Shown here: positions 25,243 through 39,659 of the stretch, piece after piece
Layout of the letters: each line of letters starts with the position of its first letter
Numbering within the stretch: position 1 is the first letter of the stretch
Source of the DNA: Eledone cirrhosa
Lineage: Eukaryota
Assembly (NCBI GenBank): GCA_964016885.1
Contig: OZ024742.1
Span: 356,314,001 to 356,378,000 of the forward strand
Direction of reading: 5' to 3'
Length of the DNA stretch: 64,000 bases
Made by a program: the position numbers and the translations under genes
The notes under the pieces: generated by a model
The model's database searches: none
The model's input: the letters and a program-made list of their open reading frames with translations, nothing else
Told to the model about the DNA's origin: nothing

Positions 25243-25496
25243 TAATCTATATAAATACAATATACGCTGCTATTTGAAACTGTATTACTTTCAATAATAA
25301 CTTTCGTCAATCATGAGAATTATATAATATAACTTAGAATAAATATAAACTAAAGAACATTGCACATTTTCAAACATTCACGAAGACATTTTAGAAGTGT
25401 GTCACATGGAATAGCTGCATGTGGTTGTATGATCTTCTAGAAATAGCAGCTAGTATTTTACAAATCTCACCATTTCATCCTTCATCCTTATCACAG

Positions 25497-25730
25497 AATA
25501 AAGTACCAGTAATGCACTGGGATAATTGCTGGCCTTGTGCCAAAAGTAGAAACAATTATATTTTATTTTCTATAATGGTGGATTGGCAGTATCAGTAGAG
25601 GGTCGGACGCCATGCTTTGATGCATAGTTATATCCCTTTAAGGTTAAGTTTGCCTTTCATCCTTACTGGGTCAATAAAATAAAGCACTGGGATAATTGCT
25701 GGCCTTGTGCCAAAAGTAGAAACAATTATA
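25497..25730 (+). mobile_element. Tandem partial Deu/Nin SINEs
   Basis: 3' part at 25497-25560 and a deleted copy at 25577-25730. Confidence 0.8.
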
Positions 25731-27299
25731 TTTTATCTTCTATAGAAATAAAAGTATATTTAGAAGAATTAACTCCATCCAAAGGTATTACAAATTTGAA
25801 GCCAACAAAAACATATCTATGGTGATCATCTAACCAGTTAGAATTAAAACAAATTTCTCTCATATGATACTCTATCAGTATGGGAAAAAAAGGACATGTT
25901 AAATAAAGAAATCGTTCCTGCAGACTCATAAAATGAAGAATTGTTCATACCTAGAATGCCTTTAAACTTATATTATAAAGAGCTAAACTTCAACAATAAC
26001 TTTGATTATACTCTCTCAGGCATTGCTCATGATTTGGGTCATTTCCAAATATTTTGTTAAGAATATAACAGTATGTGTCTAAAAGTGATATCGAAATAAA
26101 TATAATATTTTCCATAACAATTAACAGCTAAATAAACCGAGTTTCTTTCATTAAATTTTTTGAATCATCTAATATCCTGTATGAAATTGTAGGTTTAATC
26201 CATCATCTAGTTTAACACCACCATCTGGCCTTTCAGTGCTTTAGCCCAACTCACTGCCATAAAGATAAATTACTCCTTTCCTCACATCACACAGAATTAC
26301 TGGAAATGATCTTCAGAGCTAATCTTCCTCCTCTGACTAAGCAACTAAAAAGTGTTTAATATTTATACAAAGTATATATCTTAAAACTTCTTATTTTGAT
26401 TAATTTTGTACATGGAATGTTTTACTGAGTTTATTTAAATTAAATTCCTCATTTCTTCCATCTTTCCAAATATGTGGGAAGACCTTCAGTTGTGTCAAAG
26501 ACATAACAAGCTCCACTGTGAACTCAGTGGAATGTATGACCATATTTAAGCAAGATGGCAGATTACTGGTTTGTCTGGGAGATCAGTAGCCACCACTCCG
26601 TATGGACTTGGTCTTTGTAGATCCATCCAACATTTGCTAGTATTGCAAAAGCAGTGTTAAAATAAAAAATGAAAATCCCAAAACGTTTTAGATAATGGAA
26701 CAGTTGATGTTATGATACTGAGCGTGGTACTTAATAGGAATTATTTCATCCTCTCCAGAATGTTAAAAGACAAAGAAAATCATAACATCATTTAAGTTCA
26801 ATGTAAAATTATGCAACTGATTACAATAATACATTTTAGTTGAATGTGTTACTGATTCTACCAACTTTTAGGTTTCACTCAGTAGTAATACTGATAAAGG
26901 ATCTTAAAAGTAATTGAAATTTATAACCCACAAGAACTGTCTCCACCGTACTCTATTTATATCTGACTCCAGTAATATCTTTGTGTTTATAGATGTTTAC
27001 TCAGCCCCATCTCTTAGCAATAATGGTTATCCCTGGTATTTTTCATTATCAGTGATATAAGTAAAAAAAAGGAAATATGTTTTATATTTTTTATTCTTAG
27101 ACATATTGCTGATATTTTTTGGAAGAGCATTGGTAGGCACCGAGCCTAATTAAGGAAAAGCAGTAGGATTTCATTCTATTGCGTTCTTCTTGTCATATAG
27201 TGACAGTCATTGCAAGGAACATCCAGAACATTACAAAAACAAAAAACTATATAAATGTGTGTGTGTATGTATATATATATATATATAAATGTGTGTGTG

Positions 27300-27358
<59 letters not shown>

Positions 27359-27854
27359 GTATATATATATATATATAATACATATATATCATTTCTTCTA
27401 GACCTATATATTGTATTTGTTAATATTGCTTCCTGAAAACATGCAAGAAGAGTCAGAAAAGTTTGAAGCATGCTAGTACAGCTTCATGGTTCCTGCCATA
27501 TTGGAAACCCATAAATCATTTGTTAGAATTCTGGACCAAAAGAACTAATTCTCGTGCTGGAGTAGATGTTCAGGATTTTCTTTTTGATGATTTTACTAAG
27601 TATTTTTAGCTTGTCCATATATTTTAGCTGACAGTCAAATATAAATTGGGTTTAGACACAGTGGAAAACCCATTATACCATCAACAGCCACACTAGAAAG
27701 AATTTTACATGACATGGAGAGTTTCTATATTTTGAAAGGCTGCAAAGAATTTTTGCATGTATAAAACTTTGTGATGAGGCATGTGTGTGTGTAAATATCG
27801 AAGTAATATAGTTATAAAAATATGATTAATAATACAATAATTTGTTTTATAATA

Positions 27855-28042
27855 GTTGTTTCTACTTTTAGCACAAGGCCAGCAATTATCCAAGTACATT
27901 ACTGGTACTTTATTTTATCGACCACGTAAGGAGGAAAGGCAAAGTTAACTTTGGCAGGATTTGAACTCAGATTGTAAAGGCCCATAACTCTTTGTTGCAA
28001 AGCATGGCATCCAACCTTCTAATGATGCTGCCAATCCACCAT
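27855..28042 (-). mobile_element. Deu/Nin-domain SINE
   Basis: Reverse complement of the 20881 family. Confidence 0.85.
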
Positions 28043-28044
28043 TG

Positions 28045-28648
28045 TAATAATAACGATAATAATGAAATTATTGTGTACAGTGCTCAGGTGCACTACAACT
28101 CATCAAAGGTGCATGTATAGTACATAGAATAATGTACAAATGTCAGGGAAGTGAATAGTGTATGAGTCTTGAAATACATGTGTGCGTGTGTATGGAGGGG
28201 GTGTATTAGGTGTAGTGTTGGCGAATCTCACGAAGCATGGAGGTTTTAAAGGATGCAGTGTCTCAATAGCTAATAACTGATGCACGGAGTTTGTTCCATG
28301 CTTCAGCAACTCTGAATGGGAAAAAATGTTTCCGAACGTCATGGGAGCTGTGCTGTTTTATGACCTTGTAGGCATGCCCACGTGTTTTAGACACATGGAA
28401 AACAAAAAGGTACTCAGTTTGTTGTTGGCAAGATGGTTAATCATTTTGTGGGTGTTTACCAAGTCAGTTGCCAGATGTCGGAGCTTCAATGTATCCATGC
28501 CCAGGGAAGCAAGGTGTTCAGAGTATGGTAGATGCCTGATGGAGGGTATTCACTTTGTTGCACATCCCTGAACAGGTTCCAGGCAGTCAATGTTCTGAGC
28601 AAGATAGGAGATCCAGACTGGTGATGCAAATTTTAAGTGTGGCCACTA
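28045..28648 (-). mobile_element. CR1-like LINE 3' fragment
   Basis: Minus strand: FASPVW..YLAQNIDCLE.VQGCATK*IPSIRHLPYSEHLASLGMDTLKLRHLATDL; (ATT)n tail. Confidence 0.8.
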
Positions 28649-28717
28649 CATATCATTTAAATACAAGCATCATTCAGTGTATTAGATTGAAGTAGCTTTA
28701 TATATGTATGTATATAT

Positions 28718-29200
28718 ATCATCATCATCATCATTTTACGTCCATTCTTCCATGCTAGCATGGGTTAGATGTGTTGTCTTGTTATGGACAATGCCATGTC
28801 AGGTGACCATGTTTTGCTCATACAGAACTGATTTGGCTTGATTTCTACAGTTGGATGCCTTTCCTAACACCAACCTCATTTACAATGAGTACTGGGTGAT
28901 TTTTTATTGTGACACCAACACAACCACTTTACAGTGGGGGGGGGGGGGGTTATACTGTTTATATGCTTTATCTTTGGCTTGTACCCTTGATAAGTCAGGT
29001 CTTCTGAATTACTGCGTAATGCCAGATGTCTCAGTCCTGTGTCATCACCTTTGAGATGTACAATGGGCAAGATCAGCTATTAGCACCTCATCCCACTACA
29101 AGGCTTCCATTGATTTTTATTGCTCTGCACCTTTTTATGCAGCTGTCATCCTTCATATGCATCATATGTCCATACCAACATAATCTCCTCTCCTGCACAC
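28718..29200 (-). mobile_element. RTE LINE 3' fragment (related to copies 2 and 4)
   Basis: CWYGHMMHMKDDSCIKRCRA plus 3' UTR and (GAT)n tail on the minus strand. Confidence 0.85.
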
Positions 29201-29683
29201 AGCAGGAAAATGAAGAAATATAGAAGGTTGTCTCATATCAACAGTCGACCGCTTGAGATATGCTGTTTTGGTGTTTTAAGGTTGATAAAACTGGCTCTAG
29301 TGCACTAGAGACTGTAACAAATGGACAAAGGACAAGACAATAGTCTTAATGACTATTTACAAAAAGGAGCAAATTTGCCACTATATATCAACATCATTGT
29401 CGATTTAATGTCTGCTTTCCCTGCTATTAAGGGTTGAATGGGTCCATATAGATCAATTCCATACTGAAGCAGAGTCACTTATCTCCCAGGACGCTTATGT
29501 ATGATATATATAGTGTATTGGTGTACAATGTTTAGTTACTGATGTTTCACCAGTTTGAACAAACATTGCTAATATGTGGGTCCAGCTACTGATGAGGGAT
29601 TCAATTTTTAGTACTTCACCATTATTGGTATCCTTAAGAAAAAAGAGTGGTGGTAATGATGATGATGATGATGATGATGATAA

Positions 29684-29868
29684 CAATTGTTTCTACTTTT
29701 GGCACAAGGCCAACAATTATCCCAGTGCATTACTGGTACTTTATTTTATCGACCCCGTAAGGATAAAATTAACCTCGGCGGGATTTGAACTCAGACCCTA
29801 AAAGCTTGTAACTCTATGCTGCAAAGCATGGCCTCCGACCCTCTACCGATACTGCCAATCCACCGCCC
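29684..29868 (-). mobile_element. Deu/Nin-domain SINE
   Basis: Family match. Confidence 0.85.
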
Positions 29869-29880
29869 TATAATAATAAA

Positions 29881-30212
29881 CATGGCTTAGTGGTTAGAGC
29901 ATTGCCTTGCAATCGAAAGGTTGTGAGTTCAATTCTCAGACCGGGTGATGTGTTATTTCCTTGAGCAAGACACTTTATTTTCACATTGCTCCAGTTCACT
30001 CAGCTGTAGAAATGAGAAGATAAGGACTGCGGTCCATATCATTCCACTGCAAAGTGGATGTGTAGGCGCCATGGAAAAAAAGCACTCAGCCCTCACTGTA
30101 AATGAGGTTGGTGTTAGGAAGGGCATCCAGAGCTGTAGAAATCAAGCCAGAATCAGTTCCCGTCCCACCCTTGCAAGCAGGGAAAAGTGGACGTAAAATA
30201 AAATGAAATGAA
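29881..30212 (+). mobile_element. tRNA-head SINE with Meta/V-like body and RTE-derived tail
   Basis: Highly similar to 17208-17526; (AAATG)n tail. Confidence 0.82.
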
Positions 30213-30389
30213 ATAACAACTGTTAGTAAAACGGAATTGTTGCAGAAAACAACCTTGCTAGAAACATTAAGGATTCTATGGAGGGTGTTAAAAAGTTGAA
30301 AGAGAAGGAATGATCCTAAGGACCATTGGCTATGGCCTGCTCTTTTGGTATAGTGTTGGTATAACATCTGCCAGGGGTGTTACAAGTAA

Positions 30390-30825
30390 TAATGATAATG
30401 GTTTCACAAGTCCAACAATTTTGAGGGAAAGTCGATTAAATTTACCCCAGTGCATTACTGGTACTTTATCTTATCGACCCTGTAAAGATGGAAGGCAAAG
30501 CTAACCTCAGCAGCATTTGAACTCAGAATGTAAAAAGCTGTAACTCTATGCCACTAAGTTTGGTGTCTGACGCTCTACCGATTCTGACAATCCACCACCC
30601 AACAAGTGATAATGGTTTCTTATATAGGTACAAGGCCAGCAATTTTGGGGGCAAGGGTAAGTCGATTAAATCGACCTCAGTGCATGACTGGTACTTTATT
30701 TTATCGACCCCGTAAGGATGAAAGGCAAAGTTAACCTCGGCGGGATTTGAGCTCAGATCATCAAGGGCTCTATGCTGCATAGCATGGCATCCAACCCTCT
30801 ACCAATACTGCCAATCCACTGCCCT
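30390..30825 (-). mobile_element. Two tandem Deu/Nin SINEs (long variant)
   Basis: Copies at ~30390-30600 and ~30608-30825 with an extra GGGGTCGATTTAATCGACTT-type segment. Confidence 0.82.
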
Positions 30826-30839
30826 TGCCCGCCCTACAA

Positions 30840-30882
<43 letters not shown>

Positions 30883-31419
30883 GGCACAGTAATGGAGTAT
30901 CAATGTAACATCAATATTTTTATTGAGATATGTGGTGTGTTTTTCTCTGAATCAGCTGAATGGAATTGATAGTATCAACATTTTATATGAGAGACTCAGG
31001 GCTAAACTCTGAGCAAGATGGCTGGATAACATCCATGAGCTTGGCTGGTCACACTTGAGAATCGATCTGGATCAGTTGGAGATGGTTACTTCTGACAGGA
31101 CCCAATATAAGGAGTGTCTGAGGACTCTGCCACCACAATCCTCTCAGGAATATGTGGGCGAAGAAGATTTTATATCTACTTTTCTATGCTTACATGTCTG
31201 GATCACAGTATTCCTTTGTATCTCCTTTGTATGGGTCAGCATTTTATGATCGCCTGTCTCGAGTTGCTGAGTTATAGACTTCTAAATAGTACCAAACATT
31301 TACTAGTAGTGTGACTCTGTTCTTAGTATTATCAGCGATGTCTAGGACTGCATTTATAGATATCTCAAGAACTGGCACCACCTGATCCACCCTCTTCTGT
31401 TTTGGTGAGCTTTCAAATG

Positions 31420-31805
31420 ACGTACACACATACAGACACACATACACACACATACACACACATAGACACACATACACACCCGTACACGCGTACACACACA
31501 CACACACATACGTATACACACACACATACGTACACGTACAAACATCCACATGCACATACATACACATGCATACGTACATACATAGATACAAAACACATAT
31601 ACACAGACATACACACATACATGCACATACATGCACACACATACATTCTGATATACATACCTACACACATATGCATACACACACACACACATACACACAC
31701 GCACACATACACACACATACACACACACACTCACACACACACACACACATACACACACATACACACAAATACTCTCACACACACTTACACACACACACAT
31801 ACATA
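31420..31805. repeat. (CA)n-rich compound microsatellite
   Basis: Directly visible. Confidence 0.95.
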
Positions 31806-33697
31806 AAGCTTCAATCAAAACGAATGGACCATCTACAACTATTAGATTATTACAAGAAAATACAAAACAACTGTAGAAAGCAGGGCTTCTTGTCATAATT
31901 TTATTAATATGGTTATATAGTGTTTCTTCATTTGAAATATGAAAAAGTGAGGGCATTTTTTAAGAATTGTATTCCTTTATGTTTATTATTTATTGTGCTT
32001 CACTTCAATATTTATTAAAACTTGTGCAAACTTCAAATTAATTAATTTTTATTATGATTTTCTCTCATTTTTTAAAAATGTAATTAGATATTACAAGTTG
32101 TGTATATTTTAAGTTTAGAATATCATTTGTTCGCTATTCACAGTTTCTCATTAAAAGCAAGTAAACTTTATATATAATACATACTTCGACTTTAATTAAG
32201 AGTTTGATCATTTTTATTTCTACAAGCTACATACAGATACTACTTTGACTAAAACATACTCAAACTCTCTCACACACACATAAATACACACACACACATA
32301 TATATATATATACACAAACACACACACATGTAGAATAGTTCATTTTTCAACATACCAGCCTCAGAAGCACTATAATTTTTGTTTTAAATTCCATTCCAAT
32401 GAAACCCTTCACCATTTTCTATTTTCAAGTGGTTTTCACTCATTTTCAACATTTCCAGATTTATATGCATGTCTTTAAGTATTTTCTTAGTTTAATGCTA
32501 GCGTGGAAAATGGACATTAAATGAAGATGATGACATGATGATTACCCATTAATCTTACCTATTGTAAATCTATGTTAAAACATTTCTTCATCAATAAATG
32601 TCAAAAAGATGGACCAAGGGTTTATTGAATTCCAAACATTAATACCACTAGCAGAAAAAACACCCTTCAAGTGGTTTTCTGCTAGCATGTGTAGTGTGTA
32701 TATTGATATTATACGCAAGTGTATATACATGTAGATATGATACATCAAATAAAATCGTAATTGACAATATACACAGAAAATGAACGAAGACTGCGTTACA
32801 CTCTCTTATATAATCAGTAACATAATCCATGATACATTAAAAAAGACGATATTATATATAAACTGCATTAGGAGAAAATTAGCGATGGAAATATATGAAT
32901 GTTTATTTAAGCAATCGGTACCTGGAAGTGTTTACATTTGAAAATTTTAAAGAAGTGAATCTTAAAATAAGGAACAAAATTATTTATATTTAATCAAGAA
33001 TAACGAAATTTAGTAGATACATTATGTAATATTCATTCATTATTTATTCAAAGTAATCCAACTTATTTTACAAATGGGATAAAAAATATATTTAGGATGC
33101 AGTCCCACACTCCTTAAATATTATAGTTTAGATACATCATGATACAGAAACGTTCCATGATTTTATATATTGAAGATCTAGAATATATATCAACTTCTAC
33201 ATGGATGAACTATTTAATGTATCAAAGATGTCAGAGTAACAAGGTACACATAAAAAAAAAAAAAAATATGCATTTCAAGTTGCTTATTTACAATGTTTAT
33301 GAATTGAGTTCAGTTCTATATGAGAGTAAGATTAGGACTGTATATTCCCATCAGGGAAGAAATTGGAAGATTTAGATGGACAGTTTACTAACATCTTAAT
33401 GCTTGAGAATGCTGGGATTTCAGCCACCTTTTAATCCTAGATTTCTGCTCTGATTTAGAGATACGTCTTTAATTAAGAATTAATCCATGTTGCCCATAGT
33501 GGTGAATTGATGGCCGTTTTCGCTTTTGTTTTTTCTCTCCCCACCTCTTTTTTTACTTCTTGTTCTGGTTATATATTTTGGTGTCGTTTTTGTGAGGTTC
33601 CTAACAATAGTTAATTGTACTTATGTGTGTTTATATTTGTATTTATCAACAACATTATATTTGTAATGTTATTGTGAGAAATTTGTAATGTTATTTA

Positions 33698-33764
<67 letters not shown>

Positions 33765-33950
33765 ATACTGTTATACTTGGGGAAGGTCATATTATATAAT
33801 ATTGCCAGAAATAATAACAGAAAACACTCACTGTTTGGTTGGGGTTGGTTTTCGCTTCTGTATCTTTTATATCTCCATAGTTAATTTATCTGGCAATCAA
33901 TGTTTATCATTGATTGAACATCGGTTAAAAATACTGATATAAATATATAT
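33765..33950 (-). mobile_element. Diverged solo copy of the PLE-C terminal module
   Basis: Collinear similarity to 12618-12800 (TGTTATAnTTGGGGAnGGTCATATT..AATATTGCCAGAA..CACTCACTGTTTGGTTGG); abuts (TA)n. Confidence 0.75.
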
Positions 33951-35280
33951 ATAGTCTATCATATATTTGTTTTTAGAAAGGATTGTGAAGGGAAAACACC
34001 AACAGGAAGGCCCCAGCAAGTATGATCATAAGGCTCTCACCATCAATATTACATCTTCATAAATGGTTGCATCATATGAAACAATATACAAACATAAAGA
34101 CATTTCTGAGGAAAGTATGGTATTTGAAAGGCAGCCCTCCCATAATATTCAACTGGATGTTGTGTAGTAGAGGCTGCTCTTCTCATACAGAGTTAAAACT
34201 GCTACAGCAAATGTCAGTAGCACAACTATGTAAATACGTGGATTTGTCAGAAGGTTAGCAAGATAGACTAAAATATTAGAGCGACATTTGTATTTGTAAA
34301 TATACTAATATTTGCTCTACCTTTAACGCTAAGTATGTTCTTAACAACATGGTAAAACAAACACATACATAATGCAATGTATTTTATAGAGTGGACATTA
34401 TACAACTGATATTGCCTTGTTTGAAATAGCAGAAATAGTAGTTGGACTTAAAATCTAGCAAGATGAATTGGATTAATAGGTCTGAAGAATTTAGGGCAGT
34501 TTTTGCTATTCAAAGAATTCCCATTGAAGTCTGTTTAATGATCCATTCTCACAAGTGTTCACATTAGCTGTTCACTCACTGGAAATATCCTATTAATTAT
34601 TCCAGAATTGAACTATAGAGGCAGTTAATCCATGTGAATAACTAAACAGAGACAAACTGTGCAGAATACTACAATTTAGTAAAGTCTGGTCATGCCAAGG
34701 AATTATCAATTCATTCGAGAGAATACTCTGATAGCACTAACAAAAGACTCTTGCTATGGTGCCACATAAATAGCTGGATGTTACCATTTGATTTCAAAAT
34801 GTAGTAGTAAAAAATAATTTTTGAATGCAGACAAACAAGCTGATTAAACAAGAACTACATAATATGAAGGAAGTTACTTTTATTATACATTGTTAAATGG
34901 CTGAAAACCTGCTTTTCAAAACTGTCTTCTGTGTACTTCAATCAAAACAAATATGGCTTCCATTCCACCATTTTATTATTGTTTTTGTTGCACTGACATG
35001 CAATAGGTTATTCTATATTCAAACAAATATATCTGCATAGTTATATTCATCTTTATTAGCTTCTTTATTGTAAATATCTTCCATAAATACATAATTTTAT
35101 AAAATACAATGACACAGCATGTTGAGTCTAATGTTTATAATAGATTTATTGATAAGACTGGAAGGTAGCCATATACATCATGTATTAAAGTGAATGTATA
35201 TTTTTAAATTGTTGGCTACAGTGTTGTACCTACACAGCTACAATTCTACAGAGGAGTACGTATTCCTGAGGAGATACGTA

Positions 35281-35624
35281 TTACAGAGTACCCAACCTCC
35301 CATGGATACATGCTGAAGCATATAAACAATATGCCCCCCCCCCCCACCGCAAGGTGGTCGTGGAGGTGCCGCGGCAAAAAAGCACCCAGCCCACACTGTA
35401 AAGTGGACGTGTAGGCGCCACGAAAAAGCACCCAGCACTCACTGTAAATGAGGTTGGTGTTAGGAAGGGCATCCAGCTGTAGAAATCAAGCCAGATCAGT
35501 TCCTGTATGAGCAAGGCATGGTCAGCCGACCAGACACTGCACACAACAGGACAACCCGTCTAACCCATGCTAGCGTGGAAGAACGGACGTAAAACGGTGA
35601 TGATGATGATGATGATGATGATGA
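35281..35624 (+). mobile_element. RTE LINE 3' UTR fragment
   Basis: Nearly identical to 59700-60035; (GAT)n tail. Confidence 0.9.
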
Positions 35625-35854
35625 TACTTATATATGATGTGACTTTTGTTCTGAAAATTATTTTTGATTCTGCCAGACAGAAAACTTACCTTAATAAAAA
35701 AAGAAAAAAAAGAATTTGATCAACAAGATCCCAGACCTCATTCATTTACTGATTTGGGTAGAACATGTCCAATGAAACCAAGGAAACTGTATATCCATTG
35801 GTCTTTCCACAATGGATACTATCTACCTGTCACAACTCCTGGCAGAATAAGCAA

Positions 35855-35966
35855 CATGAAATAAAGTGTTTTTCTCAAGAACATAAGGCAACGCCCCTTC
35901 TGGGAATCAAACTTGCATCCTCATGATTGTGAATCCAATTCTCTAACTACCAAGCCTTACACCTTC
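35855..35966 (-). mobile_element. Degenerate Meta/V-like SINE head
   Basis: AAATAAAGTG..TCTCAAG and a tRNA-like head on the minus strand. Confidence 0.5.
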
Positions 35967-36251
35967 AAATAGACATTAGAAAAATTTACTAATTTCAAAA
36001 ATAATTCATTTAGTTTATGATGTTATTTAGTACATCATTTTGCAATAAAAAACAAATTTCCCAGAAAGTAAAAGAAAGGTGCAAGGGTATAATTTCGTTT
36101 TAGTTTCTATAATTTTTTATGTTCTAAATAGCTTTAATGCAGCATTTCTGAGTGAATCAACATTCCCGAACTAACTGAAGACTGCCATCATCTTTTAGAG
36201 CAATTTATCCAAAATATAGTGAATTTATCTGATTAAATGTATATTATCTAT

Positions 36252-36570
36252 GTGAAGGCATATGGCTTAGTGGTTAGAGCATTGGGCTTACAAGTGAAAG
36301 CTTGTGAATTTGAGTCTCTGCCCGGTCTGTGTGTTGTCCTTGTGCAAGACACTTTATTTCACCTTGCTCCAAATCACTCAACTCCAGAAATGAATTGCGA
36401 CGTCACCTGTGCCAAGCTGTATTAGCCATTTCTTTGCCCTTACACAACATCGGTGGCATGGAGAAGGGAGACTGGTATGCATGGCTGACTGCTGGTCTTC
36501 CATAAACAACCTTGTCTAGACTTGTGCTTCAGAGCGAAACTTTCTAGGCACAAAACTATGGTCATTGGAA
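36252..36570 (+). mobile_element. Meta/V-like SINE (different tail)
   Basis: TGGCTTAGTGGTTAGAGCA head and CCTTGTGCAAGACACTTTATTTCACCTTGCTCCA body. Confidence 0.7.
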
Positions 36571-36571
36571 A

Positions 36572-37580
36572 CCATCATCATCATCTGGCAGCCCCAGCGG
36601 AAATCGACTCAACAATTGACCTCCACATGGGTATGTCATTCATTGCTGTTGCCAAATCCTGGATTCCAATAACAGAAAATCTGGAGATGACATCGGGGTA
36701 GGAGAGCTTGCACCCACTGTTATTAGTGACTGCTTGTGGTTTTCAAAGCACTAATGGGGACACATCCTCATAGGTGGCACAATGGCAGTGGCCAGCAATT
36801 CTTACTTGCTTTTATGTACAACGACAGATATATGTGGGAGGCCAGCATATATCTCTCCGAATGTCAGATGTCACCAGCTTATGTTCTGAATGTGTCGAAG
36901 TAGGCAAGTGTAAGTGCCATCAAGGCGCTTTTGTTGTTTGGATGAAAGCATTCATGTTTCACTTCCATATAGCAAGATTGGTTGAATTGTTACTTAGAAG
37001 AGTCTGATTTTCGTGTGGTTGGAAAGATTTGAGCACCGAACTCGATCCATCTTGTTGCAAGTTGACCATGCTTGGGCCTTTCTGGTGGCAAAATCCTTCT
37101 CAGGGTCAATGCTCCAGGACCCAAGATATCTGAAATCGACATCTCCACTGCACTTTTCACCTTGAGTGAGATCAACCAGGTGATCAAAACACTTGAAAAC
37201 AAAGAATCACCTGGTCTCGACAACATATCCAATATAATTTGGAAAGACCCAAACCTTACTTCAGTCCAATTATCAATCTGCAATGACACTTTAAGCAACA
37301 AAACTCCTTCAACAAATTGGTTAAAAGCTGGCTTAGTTCCTGTCCCCCAAAAAGGTGACCGCTTATCCCCTAAAACTACTGGGAACTGTCACTTATGCCC
37401 ATTGCTGCAAAGATCTACAACAAGCTAATCCTTAACCATATAGTTCTGTATGTTGATCCCATCGTTCACATCAACCAAAACGGTTTTAGGCATGGTAGCT
37501 CTACACTTGCACAGATTTTGGCCTTGGGAAGAGTAATGGAAGAGATGAGAAACTCCAACAGACAAATGACTAGTTTTTGG
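36572..37580 (-). mobile_element. Old RTE-type LINE (distinct family) with 5' inversion
   Basis: Minus 36572-~37030: KIRLF..IQPILLYGSET..KRLDGTYT..IAGHC and (GAT)n tail. Plus ~37040-37580: KESPGLDNI, VPVPQKGD, IAAKIYNKLILN, NQNGFRHGSST. Confidence 0.78.
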
Positions 37581-37914
37581 TAACCATAATAAAGCTGGTT
37601 AAGATTTGGTATGGTTGATAGTCCCTAATAATTCTACCATTTTCTTAATATCAAAATCAGGAGGTATTCAACATATTGTATGTAACAGTTTTCCTGAATT
37701 TGGGATCTTAATTTTCCATGTCATTTTGAATAGTAGTGAATGTAACTGGCACCAAGTAAATTTGGAAATACTTCCAGAATGAGTTAAGTTTTAATAAATA
37801 ATTTTAAATATTCTTGGTCTATAATAAGTATATATAATAATCTTTAGAGCTTTTGGTCTGATAATTATTGATATCATACTATTTATAATTATTGCTGTAT
37901 GATAAGTGTTAATG

Positions 37915-38102
37915 TAATTGTTTCTACTTTTGGCACAAGGCCAGCAATTACCCAGTGTATTACTGATACTTTATTTTATTATCGACCCCGTAAGGATGAA
38001 AGGCAAAGTTAACCTCGACGGGATTTGAACTCAGACCGTAAAGGGACGTAACTATGTTAGAAAGCATGGCATCCAACCCTTTACCGATACTGCCAATTCA
38101 CA
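37915..38102 (-). mobile_element. Deu/Nin-domain SINE
   Basis: Family match. Confidence 0.87.
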
Positions 38103-38559
38103 ATAATAATGAGAATAATAATAATAATAACAAGCAGGAAAATAATAATAATAAACAGAAAAAAAACCTTCCATCCTTGTAGACATGGAAATATAAATGT
38201 CAAAAATAATAAATGAATAAATGTATATGAAGCACAAGAAACAATGGACAGTTTGCATACATTTTGCAGTAAAGTATTAAAATATAATAAATATTGATCT
38301 TGTAAATATTTATATATTTACATGTAATATGTCTTCTGTCAAAAATGGGGTTGAGACAACTCGATATTCACCTTGGTTCAGATGTTATTGAAATGTGATG
38401 TAGTAAATCTTTGGAGATCCATACAAAACTTGTGTAAATCAGTGTTTCTTAATATGAACTTGTCATGATGAAATATTGTTAAAAAGGAGAAACCCAGCCA
38501 TTGTTTTAATGTTGTAACAGCATTGTCATATGTTTATTTCTATGTGTGTTGGACCTCCA

Positions 38560-38855
38560 TTAGTTGGACCGATTAGTTTTCTAGTCATTTGAACAACAGA
38601 AGAGCCTGCTAGTGAAATTAATTTGTAAATAACTGAGTATTCCAAGTATTCAACTTGCATGTGCACATTCAAAGCTGTTCTCTTACTGTACGACAAATTA
38701 GAATTACAGGTACAACTCGTTTTTGTTAGCTGAGTACACTGAAGCAACATGAAATAATATGCCTTGCTCAAAGATACAACACATTGATGTGAATTGAACT
38801 CACAACCTCACCATGTTGAACTAAACACCCTAACAGTTAAGCCATGCACCTTCAC
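38560..38855 (-). mobile_element. Degenerate Meta/V-like SINE
   Basis: CATGGCTTAACTGTTAGGGTG head, GAGTTCAATTC and TTTGAGCAAGGCATATTATTTCA on the minus strand. Confidence 0.6.
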
Positions 38856-39659
38856 TTCTAAGCAGTGCCAGGTAACATAACTAAATTTCTATAAGTTGGG
38901 AAAGGGTCTGCTAAATTGAGCTAATGAGAAGGATGTTAAGAAGAAGAGGACAAATCTCCCCCAGATTTTATTTAACTGTCATAATAAACTGATACAATGT
39001 AACTATAACTATAATTCATTCTTATCACAGCTGGAATGTCTTCCATCAGAAGTTTGCTCGATTAATGCTACCTTCAGGCTAAACAACAGCAACTAAATTT
39101 CTGTGGAGAGGTTGAATCAAATAGTTTAAATGGAAATGCTGCAAGACTGGGGCTATTATAGAGTTTTGAAACATAAATTAAGATTTATGAAACATGTATA
39201 TATTGGAATTAATCCAAGCCCACTACACCATATTACACTATGTAGCATTACATTGAAACAAAACTTCAATATCTCAAGGCTCTCACAACTTATATAATGC
39301 TAGAGCAATATATAGAATCAGATATAACTAAATATGGCTAGTATACCATGAAGTAGCCATTTGTAAAATAGGGATAGTGTATTTATTAGATATAACATGG
39401 CTCTATTTAGAATGATAGCCAACATATTCTGGATGAAATGAAGAAGAAGCTGGTGTGACTTGCACTATTAAAACACCAGCAAATGAAGAATCACCAATAT
39501 AAAAGTAATAATACTAATTAGAGAGTCTACATCTGTCACAAGTTTATGTAGTAGCAATTTAATAAATCTACAGAATTCTTTATGACTACATCAATAACCA
39601 AGTAAAAATTAAGATTTCTAAAAGGATATGATTGACAACAATTCTGAACATTATTATAT

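Noticed and set aside
21120-26070. Possible plus-strand micro-exons (21120-21160, 25746-25784, 26020-26070)
   Set aside because: AG/GT boundaries exist, but the peptides are short and unrecognisable and the phases are not jointly consistent; needs RNA-seq.
35660-35712. Minus-strand polypyrimidine-AAG|GTAAGT recursive splice site
   Set aside because: No host transcript is established, and the AAG acceptor is weak.
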